From Eledone cirrhosa (Eukaryota), in contig OZ024761.1 of assembly GCA_964016885.1 (NCBI GenBank), positions 18,104,001 through 18,168,000 of the forward strand: a stretch of DNA of 64,000 nucleotides, in the 5' to 3' direction. The notes under the pieces were generated by a model. The model searched no databases. It had not been told where the DNA came from and saw nothing but the letters and a program-made list of their open reading frames with translations. The position numbers and the translations under genes were made by a program. Positions 1 to 13,780 of this stretch are shown piece by piece. Positions within the stretch are counted from its first letter, which is position 1; every line of letters starts with the position of its first letter.

Positions 1-127
1 CATAAAAAATATGTAAAATACGTGAAAGATAAATTGCTGGAAATATGCGTGTATGTATGTATGTATGTATGTATGTATGTATGTATGTATGTATGTATGT
101 ATGTATGTATGTATGTATGTATGTATG

Positions 128-178
<51 letters not shown>

Positions 179-537
179 AAAAATATGGGTGAGAATAATA
201 CTGCTGGTTGCACATGGATAACATGTTATAAAATGAGTCCCTCATCAGTGATTTACCAAACGATCATGGGTATTTCATCGTATTAAAAATCATATACCTC
301 ACGTTGGAGCGATAATAACTAAAATAAGTTATGAGGACAATAGAAACGCGTAAAGCGAGTGAGACAAGTAAACAACACATTGGGAAGCTAACCGAAGATG
401 GAAATAAACACAAGCAACATAGTTATTCTTTCAGCATAAGCTGTGTGAATATATGCGCGAGTTAGAAACAGACCTTTCGCTAGTGAATCCGGTGTTAGAA
501 AGAAGGAAATATATATATATATATATACATATATATA

Positions 538-568
<31 letters not shown>

Positions 569-865
569 ATATATGTATGTATATATATATATATATGTAT
601 GTATGTATATATGTATGTATATATATATATATATATATGTATGTACATATGTATGTATATATATATATATGTATGTATATATATATATATATATATGTAT
701 GTACATATGTATGTATATATATATATATGTATGTATATATATATATGTATGTATATATATATGTGTATATATATATATATGTGTGTGTGTGTGCATATAT
801 ATATATATATATATAAATGAAAATATAGAAATTATTGTGAGCAAGAAGCCAACAGTATTTCATTA

Positions 866-908
<43 letters not shown>

Positions 909-1577
909 ATGTATATATGCATATATGTGTGTGTATGTGTAGATATGTAAGTGGATATGTACCAGCATATATTTGTGTGTGAGAGAAAGGCTGACGATTA
1001 TACGATTTTTAAAAGTATATTTTTTTCAGAAGTACACTCAACGTGTACGTAATTCCAACAAAGTTACGTACCTTTGTAGACAAAGGAGGCGGTTGGAATT
1101 AGAGCGGTGAGGGAGAATCGGTAATTTTTCTAGGTTGTCTCCCTTGAATTTTTAAAAAATCAAAATTTTACAACCCCAGCCCATCCTATTTATTTCATAA
1201 CGTATGGGATTTCTAGTAATGTACTTTCCTTGTCACAATGTATAATGTTTTTTAATGCCTATAGAATTTTAATTGGCAGAGGAATTAAGCTGGAGATAGA
1301 TTATGAAAATTTAATATACGTGAGGCGGTGATGGTGGAAAAACTCCGAAAAATTAATAAGCGTGGGAAGGGACGATTATTCGAGACACGAGAACACATAT
1401 TTATAAATATATTTTCATATTTAGTCTTTTACTATTTTAACGGAATTTAAAAAAAACCCAAAAAATCAATGAAAAAGAACTTACCACAAGAAATATAATA
1501 ATAATAATAATAATATTTGTTTCTATTTTAGGCACAAGGTCGGCAATTTTGGGGGCTGGCCTTGTGCCGAAACTAGA

Positions 1578-1610
<33 letters not shown>

Positions 1611-1886
1611 TGTTTCTACTTTTGGCACAAGGCCAGCAATTATCCCAGTGTATTACTGGTACTTTATTTTATCGACCCCGTATAATAATAATAATTGTTT
1701 CTACTATTGGCACAAGGCCAGAAAATACCCAGTACATTACTGGTACTTTATGATAATGATAATAACGTTAATTATGATTTTATCCTCAAACAAATATTCA
1801 CTACAAGCCATCCAATTCAATTCTCTAACAATACCACCAGTCGACACGCGCACACACGTATTTACGTATGTGTGCGTGTGTATAGC

Positions 1887-1961
<75 letters not shown>

Positions 1962-1999
1962 GTATATATACACATATGTAGAGAGAAAGAGATAGCTAA

Positions 2000-2030
<31 letters not shown>

Positions 2031-2502
2031 AACACAAACACGCACACATGTATCTATGTAAGTATGCATGTATGTATGTGTGCGCGTATATAGCTCTCTC
2101 TATATATCTATCTGTATATATATATATATATATGTGTGTCTAAAGAGAGAGAGAGAGAGGGGAGAGCGAGAGAGAGAGAGAGAGCTAAACACATGCACAC
2201 TTACATACATACACACACACACACACATACAGACATATCTAAGGGTCGGGTGATAGGTGTTACAGAGTGGTCCAAACGAGAGGAAAAATGGAGAGGGGAT
2301 TATTTCAGTGCTATATAACAATGCTGGGTTCCTGGCTAAAAAGAAGATGGGAGCTGTCCCGCCAATTATTCTTGCCTTCAATAACACAAACATAAAAATG
2401 ATGTTGTTTCAGTGCGAGTGGACGGGGACTGCCACACAGATAATCGTTGTCAGATGATATATCCTTGGAGAATATATATATGATATAGTTTAATACAATA
2501 TA

Positions 2503-2955
2503 AAATGGTCGACTGAAAGGTTCATACGCTGACTAAGATACTCTAATGGAATGAACAAATGAGGTTTATTTTTCAATATAGTTCCTGGAAAGGAACAATG
2601 CAGTTATTAATAAGAAGAGTTGAAATTAATGCATGCAAGATTTTACAGCTCTAGCATCATTCCTTCATAGTCAGCTTATGAACCTTTCAACCCACCCTCG
2701 TATGAATATATGTGTGTGTATATACATATATGTATGTATATATGTGTGTATATATTCAATGGTCAACTGAAAGGTTCATTGGCTGACCAAGATACTGTCC
2801 TGGAATGAGCAAATGAGGTTTATTTTTCAACATAGTCCCTGGAAAGAAACAATGCAGTTATTAATAAGAAGAGTTGAAATTAATGCATGCATGATTTCAT
2901 AGCTCTAGCATGATTTCTTCATAATAAGCTTATGAATTTTCAGCCGACCCTCGTA
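2503..2955. mobile_element. Two tandem mariner-derived MITEs (about 200 bp each; third copy about 9580-9727)
   Basis: Terminal inverted repeats ggtcgactgaaaggttcata / tatgaacctttcaacccaccctcgTA; the same internal sequence recurs in three copies. Confidence 0.65.
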
Positions 2956-3091
2956 TGATATGTTATGGCACATACACAGTTGGCCCACATCTTACACAGA
3001 TTTAAACAGTCAGGTTTTGAAAATACGCGATCGAAAAAATTTTTTTTTTTATTCGTAACATTGGGAAGAAAACTCTAAGGTGCGGACTTGC

Positions 3092-3135
<44 letters not shown>

Positions 3136-3142
<7 letters not shown>

Positions 3143-3163
3143 AAATTGATCGTTTTAACACTT

Positions 3164-3223
<60 letters not shown>

Positions 3224-3251
3224 AAGTGTTAAAACGATCAATTTTAGTTTA
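3136..3251. repeat. About 31-bp perfect inverted repeat enclosing (TG)(TA)n
   Basis: taaactaaaattgatcgttttaacactttgt ... acaaagtgttaaaacgatcaattttagttta. Confidence 0.9.
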
Positions 3252-3334
3252 GTACTACCCTCCATATTTATAGTTGTATCAAACATATATAAATATTCTT
3301 ATTACTATATATATATATATTGTATGTAGGTATC

Positions 3335-4220
<886 letters not shown>

Positions 4221-6423
4221 CAAAAGTGAACAGAAATTAACAAAGCAAACGATGAATGTATGTACGTACGGTGTGTTTGATACGACAACTATCTGTGTCT
4301 TGCTCAAATTTATACATAAATATATCCTTTTTGATTTTTGTTTTTTGTTTTGCGAAATATTTTCCTATCGACATCAGAGTTTATTGAAATAAAGTTTATT
4401 TTTATATATAAATATTTTGACATATCTCGGCGTTGAATTTTTATTTTTATGTTATTATATATATATTTTTTCATTTATTTCACATACTACTACTACTACT
4501 ACTACTGCTGCTGCTGCTACTACTACTACTACTACTACTACTATGTTTTGAGTTCAGATTCCGCCGAGATTGGCTTTACCTTTAATCCTTACAGAGTTGA
4601 TAAATAAAAGCACTAGTAATGCATTAAGGTGGATTTAATCGAATTTCCCCTCCTTCCACATCGAGAATGACTTGGTTGCATGTACCATGCATTCGCTAAG
4701 GGTTTGAGGTATTCGTGCAGTCACAAATTAGACACAGACACTATCTTGACTCCCCCTCCTTGAGTAAATTTACATGTATGTCTGTAAATATGTAATTTGT
4801 GTGAATAGGTGTATGTGAGCGTGTATATCAGTAAATAGATTTGTGTGAAAATAGTAGTAGTGATAACTGCATAGAGCTTGGCTATTTCTAAGGGAGATAA
4901 CTTTGCTTGTCATATTTTATCCGGGGAGGTAACTCTTCAATAATTTCTAACTAATGTTTTGCATGTTTGTATGTACAATATGTACGACGTATGCATGGAT
5001 CCGTAACTCCTGATGGAATTGTAGGGCATCACTTTATTAGACACTCGCAGAGCCTATCACTCCTCTAGGTTTGAACAGCCGATTTCTGCCTTAAAATCAA
5101 AGAGTGTGTGAGAGAAAGACAGTTATAGAAAGGAGTAGAAAAAGAGATATGGGGAAGAATCGACCTGCAGTACCAAACTGGCACTTTTTTCATCGACTTC
5201 CAAGGGATGATAAGTAAAGTTGATCTCGGTAGGATTTGAACCCAGAGAGTATAAAGAGCCGTATCGAATACTGCAAACGTATTTGTTTGCATTCTAACAA
5301 ATGTGCCAAATCACCGTCTGTTATTTTACGTGATTAATAAGCTGTTTTTGTTAAAGCAGACGTCACTAAGTTCACCGGATTCTTTTCTGTACAGTCAAAT
5401 ATTATACCACCATTACCTGCAGCTTAAGTTTGGTATTGATGTAGAAGAAATGGTGAACTACAACAACCGAGATGACAGGCTGAAAGGGTGAAAGGCACGG
5501 TTGACTTCGGTGGTATTTTAACATGGTGGACTGAAACCCGGAATAAATACTACAAATCATTCTACCTACCATTCCCACAACTCTGAAAATTTACTGCCTT
5601 TATCCGTTATATATATTTCTTTCGTAAACTTTGAATACGAAACTAAAGAAACTACCTCTGTATTTTTATCTTTCCCTACCTCCAAGCGTGGAGGCTCAAC
5701 ATGCCGCTGCCTATGTCAGTTTGTTTGATAGGAAGCGACACAAAGTACAAGACTTCCCCGTGGACAGGACGCCGCCCTGTCACAGAGTTAATCCCCCAAC
5801 TACTACTGGTACTCATTTTCAGCTGAATATACTGGAGCAACGTGAAATGAAACATTTTTTTAAAAAACACAACGTACAGCCCGGTCAAAGAATCAAACCC
5901 ATGACATTATAAACGTAGGTCCAACACTCTAACCATGCCTTCACTGTTGTGTTTTATGACTGAGAAATGGTGGTGCATAATATACGTTTTAATGAAATCC
6001 GTGGTAGGTAATGTCTCTCCTTCCCCCTTTCTTTCTTCCATTGCCAAATAGTTCTTGCACTTTCTCTCCCTTTCCCCTCATTTATGGCATGTATAGTCCT
6101 TTCCAATACTGCTTTCTTTTTCTGTATATTTGACCAAAAATATTTAGGTAATATTTTAATTATTTTTCTTCCACTGAAGTCTCCATTTTTATTGTTATTA
6201 TCATCATCATCGTCAAATTGAAATATTTTTTTCTTTATATATTATTTCACCTCTCTTGTATAATATATGGAAAGCCTGTATGTGAGTTGTTTTATTTGGT
6301 GGTTGGTTGCAATGAACGAAAATGGACAAAGGTATTGCGATAGTGATATATATATGTATATATATATATATATATTATTCAGAATATTAATAAATGAAGA
6401 CATTCACATAATCAAAATATTTG

Positions 6424-6485
6424 TTTTATTATATATATTTCGAAGGTACTGTGCTGTTTTTTCAGTACGTCCTCGTCAGATAAAA
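6424..6485 (-). ncRNA. Type I hammerhead ribozyme motif (Penelope-like, palindromic stem III)
   Basis: Minus strand: ttttat-CTGACGA-ggacgtactg[11 nt]cagtaccttc-GAAA-tatata-TA-ataaaa. Stem I 6 bp, stem II 9 bp plus a C-C mismatch, AUA triplet. Confidence 0.72.
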
Positions 6486-6512
6486 TACATGAATTGATGT
6501 ATGACATACCCC

Positions 6513-6619
6513 GAAACGGCCTGAGCTCTGCCATCATGTCCAGAAATAGCCGTCGAAACGGCTTGAGCTCTGCCGTCATGTCCAGAAATAGCCGTCGAAA
6601 CGGCTTGAGCTCTGCCGTC
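6513..6619 (+). repeat. 42-bp tandem repeat (about 2.6 copies) carrying GAAA-stem-GTC half-hammerhead units
   Basis: Unit gaaacggcttgagctctgccgtcatgtccagaaatagccgtc. Confidence 0.85.
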
Positions 6620-6817
6620 GGGGTCATACTTTTTCCTATTACCCGAAGTATTGAGTACTCTGGTGTGTTATGGTCCATCTGGTTCCTTACCACATCTCCT
6701 TCGTTATATATATATACATATATATATATATATACACACACTCACACATATATATATATATAGTAGTGAATGAGTGAAGAATAACATGGTCAGCTGTACA
6801 AAAAGGGTTTTATTTAG

Positions 6818-6913
6818 AGTATTAACAATTGTTTCATTGATCAGGTGAGTCTAAAGGCTGCTAATCACTCGACCTTAAATACAGTGTGTCTCTGATCAAA
6901 TCATCAGAATACT
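6818..6913 (-). ncRNA. Type I hammerhead ribozyme motif with long stem II insertion
   Basis: Minus strand: agtatt-CTGATGA-t-ttgatcag[loop]ctgatcaa-t-GAAA-caattg-TT-aatact. Stem I 6 bp, stem II 8 bp with U-U at its base, stem III palindrome AACAATTGTT, GUU triplet. Confidence 0.65.
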
Positions 6914-9080
6914 GGAGGGTTTAACACATGGCACTGGTATTTATAGATACATCGGAGAATCAAAACAATAATATATATATATATATATATACATATATAG
7001 GAAAAGAGTCAGGACCCCGACAGCTGAGCTCCAGCTGTTTCGACAGCTAGATCCGAACTGACTCATTTCCTACTACCCTAAGTATTGAGTACACTGATTC
7101 GTTATGGTCCATCTGGTATCTTACCACACCTTCGTTACATACATATATATATATAACTTCAAGATATTCAATCTATTGGGATTGTCTTGACAGAGAGACA
7201 GTCTGCCAGGCCCTGTCTTTGAGCAACAAAGTTATATAAAACCCTGTTGAGAACTGAGACAAAACCCTACCAAGACTGCTTATCTAGATTTGTCCAGATC
7301 TGTGTATCAGGCATTCCTCAAACAGGTTTTAATCTGGGATAAGTGGTAAAAGGTGGGCGTACTTATAGACCTTTATTGTAGGTATGTATGGTCCCGTTAC
7401 TCCTGGGAGATTAGTAGGGGCACCGTATTGACATGACATTTCAAGGGCCTTTTTCTTTTTTAAACATATCAGAGCCCATTTCCCCTCTAGGTCTGAATAC
7501 AGCAGATTTCCTCAAGAGAAGGAAATGAAAAAGAGATATAGTGGAAGATGCCAGTACTAGACTGGTACTTTTTTTATCAACCTTAAGTGGATAAAAGACC
7601 AAGTTGATCTTGGCGGGATTTGAACACCAGGAGCAAAGAGCCTAAATGAATACCGCAAAGAATTCTATCTGATGTTCACTGCTATATGATCTTTTTAGGG
7701 CATCCTCAACAAGAAGTTATCCTCAGTCTGAATATTTGCAACAGAGTGGACCCTACCAAAAGCTCCAGGGACAAGGTGGTAATGTTGACCCTTTCATTTC
7801 CATATTTCTAATAAAATACACTGCTTATGATTTTCAAATCCTTTTGAAAATAATCAAGAATTTTGAAGTATTTAGTCAATCTTAACTATAATATAACTAA
7901 TGAGTCATTAGCATACATGGTCCCATATTTCCTGAGGGAGTCTTAGGTGTGCCATATTGACATAGAGCATTTCTAGGGCGTTTGTATACCTGGCAGAGCC
8001 CAATCCTCTCCAATGATAGTAGTGGTGATGATGGTGGTTATGGCGGTGATGAGCAAGACTGTGGGTGATGAAACTTGCTGTCCTCTTTACATGTCCTGTT
8101 CTTTTCATTTAGAGTAATTTTGTTTTGTTAGTGTAGATGGTCAGTGGGTATGTGGTCTGTGTAGGCATGGAGTGTGTGGTCTGGGTCTGTGATCTGTGTG
8201 TGTTCTCTGTGGATGTGTGACCTCCATGTGCATAGTCTTTGGATGTGTTTGATCTCTGTGAGTGTGTGGTCTCTGAGAATGTGGTTGGTGGGTGTGTGGT
8301 CTGTGTACAAGCTGTTATGATGCAGTTTATTAGTACTTTGTAGTTTATTGTTGAGGGATTAGAGGTCTAGGAAAGATCTCTAGCAATGTATTGTTTAGCA
8401 ATAGCACTAACACAGTGTGATTCATTATAGAGGCTTATATGGAATGATATATCATCATTACCATCGTCGATTAACATCTATCTTCCACGCTAGCATGTGT
8501 TAGATGGGTTTGTCCCAATTAGAGACAAGTTGGGTCGGGTGACCGTGTCTCTCACATAGGAGAGTTTCTGGCTGGTTATCTATGGCTGGATGCCCTTCTG
8601 AACGCCAACCACATTGATAGTGTGTGCTGGGTGCTTTTTGCCGTGTCTTTTACACATCTTTACAGTGTGGGCTGGGTGTTTTGGGGCTGGTTTTCTACAG
8701 CTGGATGCCCTTCCTAACGCCAACCACATTTACAGTGTGTGCTGGGCACTTTTTGTTGTGACACCTACACGATCACTTTACAGTGTGGGCTGGATGTTCT
8801 TTACAGTGTGGACTGGGCACCTTTGTTGTGTCACCGATACAACACAGTGGGGACTTGGGAGGGTGGAGGGGCTTGGACAGGGTATTCGGTGAGGGGAGGT
8901 ATGGTTACTGCTAAGGGAGGTGGATGAAAGGGGATAGCAGGTTGAGGAAAGATATGTTTATGTATAACAAATATACCTAAGTTTGGCTGTGAGTATTTTA
9001 AGCTGTTAATATGTCACAACTACAGCTGTGACTGTGAGAAAACCAAATACCTATATTTCAGGATTTTTCAAGATTCAGAA

Positions 9081-9578
9081 ATACCAGTATCTCACATCCT
9101 CACACAGTTATTGAAGTAGCTGTGACATGATCACAGCTGAAAATAAATACCCACGGCCAGACTTATGTATGTTTGTTATACATAGACATATCATATATGC
9201 TTCTATAATACCAGTATCTCACAGTTATTGAAGTAGCTGTGACATGATCACAGCTGAAAATAAATACCCACGGCCAGACTTATGTATGTTTGTTATACAT
9301 AGACATATCAAATATGCTTCTATAATACCAGTATCTCACATCCTCACACAGTTATTGAAGTAGCTGTGACATGATCACAGCTGAAAATAAATACCCACAG
9401 CCAGACTTATGTATGTTTGTTATACATAGACATATCATATATGCTTCTATAATACCAGTATCTCACATCCTCACACAGTTATTGAAGTAGCTGTGACATG
9501 ATCACAGCTGAAAATAAATACCCACAGCCAGACTTATGTATATTTGTTATACATAGACATATCATATATGCTTCTATA
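9081..9578. repeat. 127-bp minisatellite, 4 copies (one with a 10-bp deletion), preceded by a diverged inverted copy at about 8952-9050
   Basis: Unit starts ataccagtatctc at 9081, 9208, 9325 and 9452. Confidence 0.92.
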
Positions 9579-9875
9579 TATGAGAGTTGGTTGAAAGGTT
9601 CATAGGCTGACAAAATGAGGTCTATTTTTTAAAATAGTTCCTGGAAAGAAACAATGCAGAAGAGTTGAAATTAATGCATGTAAGATTTCACAGCCCTAGC
9701 ACCACTCCTTCATGATCAGCCTACCCTCACATTCCTCTATTGTATTGTTTGTACACTATTGATGCTGTTACTTTCTCTTGGCCAAATGTGGTACCTGTGA
9801 TTGCTTTTACCCTTTTAATACGAATCTGCCTGAAACTGCCCCTGGGTTTATGATTAAAAAAAAAAGACTGTCTGT

Positions 9876-10082
9876 TTAACTCTTTAGCATTTATACCAGC
9901 CATATGCGGCCAAAATTCTCTCACCTCTCTGTTCAAACTGATTGTAACTGGCTGTTCATACTTATGTTAAGGTATTGTTCTCAAAATAAATAATATCAAA
10001 ATGTCAGATTTGATATTATGTGAGATAAAGAGTTTACTGTGAAAATACAATAGTATATATAATGTAAATGCTAAAGGGTTAT
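9876..10082. mobile_element. piggyBac-like MITE (family also at 31212-31440 and 56366-56580)
   Basis: TTAA-c(c)ctttagcattta ... taaatgctaaaggg-TTA(A) termini; three related copies. Confidence 0.7.
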
Positions 10083-11987
10083 ATACGCCATCTAAACAAT
10101 GTGTTGATTAGCTGTCTTAGTTTATAAAGAGGGTTTGGATTATTGCCTGTTTCTAAGACATAAAATGGAGAGAAGGGGGAACTTATATTCGTGTATGTAT
10201 GGTATATCTTCTATGAGTGTTGTGAATGTTGTTGAAGAATTTTATGTAACTCCTAATATTTTAATCTTGTGTGTGTGGCATGTTGTTGAGTGTTAGTGTT
10301 GCTTTGTATAGTGGCGGTGAAAGTGATTGAGTGTGAGTGTTGGTTTATATATAGTGGTGGTGGGAGTAGTTGAATGTGAGTGTTAGTTTATATAGTGGTG
10401 GTGGGAGTAGTTCAGTGCGAGTGTTGGTTTATATAGTTGTGGTGGTAGTGTTGGTTTATATAGAGTTGTGGTGGTGGTAGTAGATGTATAAAGGATTCTG
10501 AAGCATAGCGGAAAGAGGTGAGTGTGATGTCATCTGTGTAGCTAGTCTGTGTTTTATGTTTCGTGAGGTGGTATTTAGTATGTACTAGACCCACACTCAC
10601 ATATGTATATATACACAACTCACATATGTATATATACACAACTCACATATGTATATATACACACACTCACATATGTATATATACACAACAGTTCTCTGTC
10701 TCTTCCATTCTCCTCTCCATCTCCCTATGTCTCTCTTTCAATCTACTCTTTCACAACCACTATCTCTTTCTCTCTGTTTATGAAGGTACCTAGAAAACCC
10801 CATATCTCGGGAACCTGTGCTTCGATTTATGTGAAACTTGTTTTATTCCATTTGTATTCCCATTTCAGGAGCAACTTCCTTTTAAAGTATTTTCCCATTA
10901 TGTGCCCTTTTGGCTGTATTACATTACAGACAAGCAAGCAAGCAATCACAGACTTTTAGTAATATATAAATTAATGTAAGATGGATAGAATCCTGAGTTC
11001 AAATTCTGTCGAGGTTAATTTTGCCTTTCATCCTTTCGAGGTCGATAAAAAAAAGTACCAGTCTAGTACTGGGGTTGATTCTTCCTCTATATCGCTTTCT
11101 CATTTTCCTCTCTCTCACTTTCTATCATTCTCTGGAAGAAATCTGCTATACTTAGGCCTGGAGAGATATGGCTCCACCAGGTTTAATATACCCAAGAAAT
11201 GCTGTATGTCAATATGGTGCCCCCCGATTCGATCAGGAGTTACGGGACAAAAGAGAAGAGAATGTTTGATTGAAGGTTTTTTTTTTTATAGATATAAACA
11301 CTTTATAGAGCAAACAGTTTCATATCATAAGACCAGGAGTGGTACAATATGAAAAGGGCTTTAATTTAAACACTGCTAGCCTGATTTCTCTGAAATTTGT
11401 CACTGGCTGAGGGTTCTTTCAGCTTCCATGTCTTTTTTGGTTAGGGTTTTGTTGGGTGGTATTGAATATGTGTTGTGTAAGTGGTTAGTGGAGAATGATG
11501 TCAAAGACTTTGCTGTTATCAATGGAAGTTAGAAATGGTACACAGTAAAGTTTTAATCAACTTTCCCCTCCCTAAATTTCTTATTTTATATTCCATTCTT
11601 TCTTCTCAATCTAAAATGTTTTTCTTTCTTTTTTTATTAAAATTGTTTCTACTAAGATGTAAATAAAACTTTACCTATAGTAAATAAAGCACCAGTGAAG
11701 AACGGTGGTTAGGTGATGGGTTTATTAAATCGATGATTGATCTCGGCCAACTTGCTATATTCCGGCACGGTGCAGTCGACGCTAAATACATGTCTAACCT
11801 TGGAGCTCCAACAAGTGAAGTGAACACCTGCTCTCTTATCGATATTATCAAACTGTAACACCTTACGTTCCTGCCAACACACCACTCTCGCACTATCCCT
11901 CTCTTGCTGAAAACGGACTCTGTAACTTTAAAAAAAAAAGAAACAATACACATACACACATCATATATATACATGTGTATGCGCATA

Positions 11988-12196
11988 CAGGGTGTTTCAA
12001 ACAATTAGATATCATTTGAAATGTAAATATCCCAGAAATTACAAAATCTACGACAACGAGAGTGAGTAGGCTTAATATAGAGCAACGTAAGATTTATTCC
12101 TCAAAATTTGTCATTATAACACTAATTCACAATATATAGCGGTAGGTTCTGGTATATTGACGTTTCAAATGGTATCTAATTTTTTGAAGCACCCCG
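11988..12196. mobile_element. Tc1/mariner-type MITE downstream of RNF121
   Basis: TA|cagggtgtttcaaacaattagatatcatttgaaa ... tttcaaatggtatctaattttttgaagcaccccg|TA; TIR of about 40 bp and TA TSD. Confidence 0.8.
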
Positions 12197-12504
12197 TATA
12201 ATCATGTCAGTTATTTAAAGACTTAGTTAAAAACTAACTTGTATAAACAAATAAATCAAACACAACAATTCAAACGTGTCAACAAGGAAAAACACTGACA
12301 TTTTATAACAATTTTCAATCAACATCATCAATTTCAAATTTTTTTGATATTTAAATTAAATAAAAAAAGAACAGAAACACCAAACAAAAAAAATCTCACT
12401 TCTGATGTAAAACAGTTTGGATGTTGCTGTATTTAGCTAAACATTAGTTAACGGTAAAAAACAACAACAGAAAAATATAAAAGTAATTAGATGATCGTTA
12501 TTAA

Positions 12505-13779
12505 TTATTCCAGGCCTAGAATCCAATTGATTCCTTGCACCACAACTATAATAACTGGTTGCCAAACTACCAAGTAACGAATCCAGTCCAAGAGGTTTCC
12601 GTACAGTACATGAGGTCGTTCCCAGGGACTGGGAAACATGCGTTTTAAATCCACTTTCTCCTTACAGTAGGGGCAGGTTTGTTTTTTGCCGACGATACAC
12701 CAGCCCCGGATACAGAACTCGTGAAAAGAGTGACCACAGTTTAACTTGCAGGTTTTCTCGGCGGTGACCACCGGTCGTACGTGGTCCGGATCGTCGCTGT
12801 CCGAGTCATCGTTACGATGTTCTAAAAATCTGCCTTCGCCCGAGGCTGGCGGAGGGGTGTTGGCTGATGTAGAGTTGCCGCATACGGCGCAAAGTCGCCA
12901 GTCGAAGTCTCGGTTGGGGAGACCCGAGGGTGTGTAGAAGCCGACGTGTGCGGCCATAGTGTCGGAGCACACTTCAGCAAAGTCCCGTCCAACAACCCCG
13001 AAATAAAGGCCGTAAAACAAGATGAGCATCGCAAAATCCATGGCAACTTGAAATCGAATGAGAAAGAGAAGGTTAAGACCGAAGATGGTGAACATAATTA
13101 TGAAATAACCGATCAACCCCATCGTATAACTGAGTTTATATAAGAATAGAAACCATTTATATACAAGACGAGGAGTTTTCCCGGACAAGGGTTTCGCTGT
13201 GGCTTTCAAAGTGACGAAAGCAGTCACCACGGAGAAAATTGCCCAGACACCAACAAAACGGTACCAATGAAACTTAACACTAAACGCTAAAGGGATGAGC
13301 CACATTCCGAGTAAAGTGGCTCGTTTGTAAGATCGAAAGTGTCTCTCTTTCCATTGTACTAAAAGAATTTGAGCAATGACTAGTGTGGCGAGTAGAATGA
13401 GTATCATTTCTAGGTGCATTGTTTCGTGTCCCCTGTGTTTCTCGTGAAGTCGTTGGTGTTCTTTCAGCCAACGTTGTTGATCGGCAGACAACCTGGACAT
13501 ATCCAGAGTAAGGTTGTAATGTCCATGTCCGTGTAAGTGTCCATGACCAGCGTGGGCAAGTTGAAAGCGACGTGCGTGTAACTGATTAACAGCTATTCCG
13601 GGAATGTTTTGATTCGCGATTGCGTGAATCTGTTCTTTAGCCATAGCTGGAATGTGGTGTTGTATGGTCACAGCGCTATTCTGACTGACAGAATCTGCCA
13701 CAACGTTCCGGGCATGAATGATTTCTTGGTTAACTGGCAGGTCGGCCTTCGGTTGTTCCAAGAGGACCTGACCGTCCAT
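12505..13779 (-). CDS. RNF121: RING finger protein 121-like membrane E3 ubiquitin ligase (RING-H2), single coding exon, 424 aa
   Basis: Uninterrupted ORF with the family N-terminal motif HEKHRGHETMHLEMILIL, several hydrophobic TM segments, LFYGLYFGVVGRDFAEVC, RING-H2 CAVC...CGHSFHEFCIRGWCIVGKKQTCPYC and the C-terminus WERPHVLYGNLLDWIRYLVVWQPVII...GINWILGLE, as in RNF121/RNF175. Confidence 0.93.
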   Translation of the reverse strand: MDGQVLLEQPKADLPVNQEIIHARNVVADSVSQNSAVTIQHHIPAMAKEQIHAIANQNIPGIAVNQLHARRFQLAHAGHGHLHGHGHYNLTLDMSRLSADQQRWLKEHQRLHEKHRGHETMHLEMILILLATLVIAQILLVQWKERHFRSYKRATLLGMWLIPLAFSVKFHWYRFVGVWAIFSVVTAFVTLKATAKPLSGKTPRLVYKWFLFLYKLSYTMGLIGYFIIMFTIFGLNLLFLIRFQVAMDFAMLILFYGLYFGVVGRDFAEVCSDTMAAHVGFYTPSGLPNRDFDWRLCAVCGNSTSANTPPPASGEGRFLEHRNDDSDSDDPDHVRPVVTAEKTCKLNCGHSFHEFCIRGWCIVGKKQTCPYCKEKVDLKRMFPSPWERPHVLYGNLLDWIRYLVVWQPVIIVVVQGINWILGLE

Positions 13780-13780
13780 A

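Noticed and set aside
195-365. Hammerhead-like fragments (CTGATGA on the minus strand near 248; GAAACGCGTA at 343)
   Set aside because: I could not complete core and stems for either; at most decayed relics. Similar incomplete cases near 5010, 11180-11245, 46408, 58147 and 62735 were also not called.
2250-2460. Non-repetitive-looking segment with short ORFs on both strands (possible exon of a third gene)
   Set aside because: No recognisable protein motif and no convincing splice pair; left unannotated.
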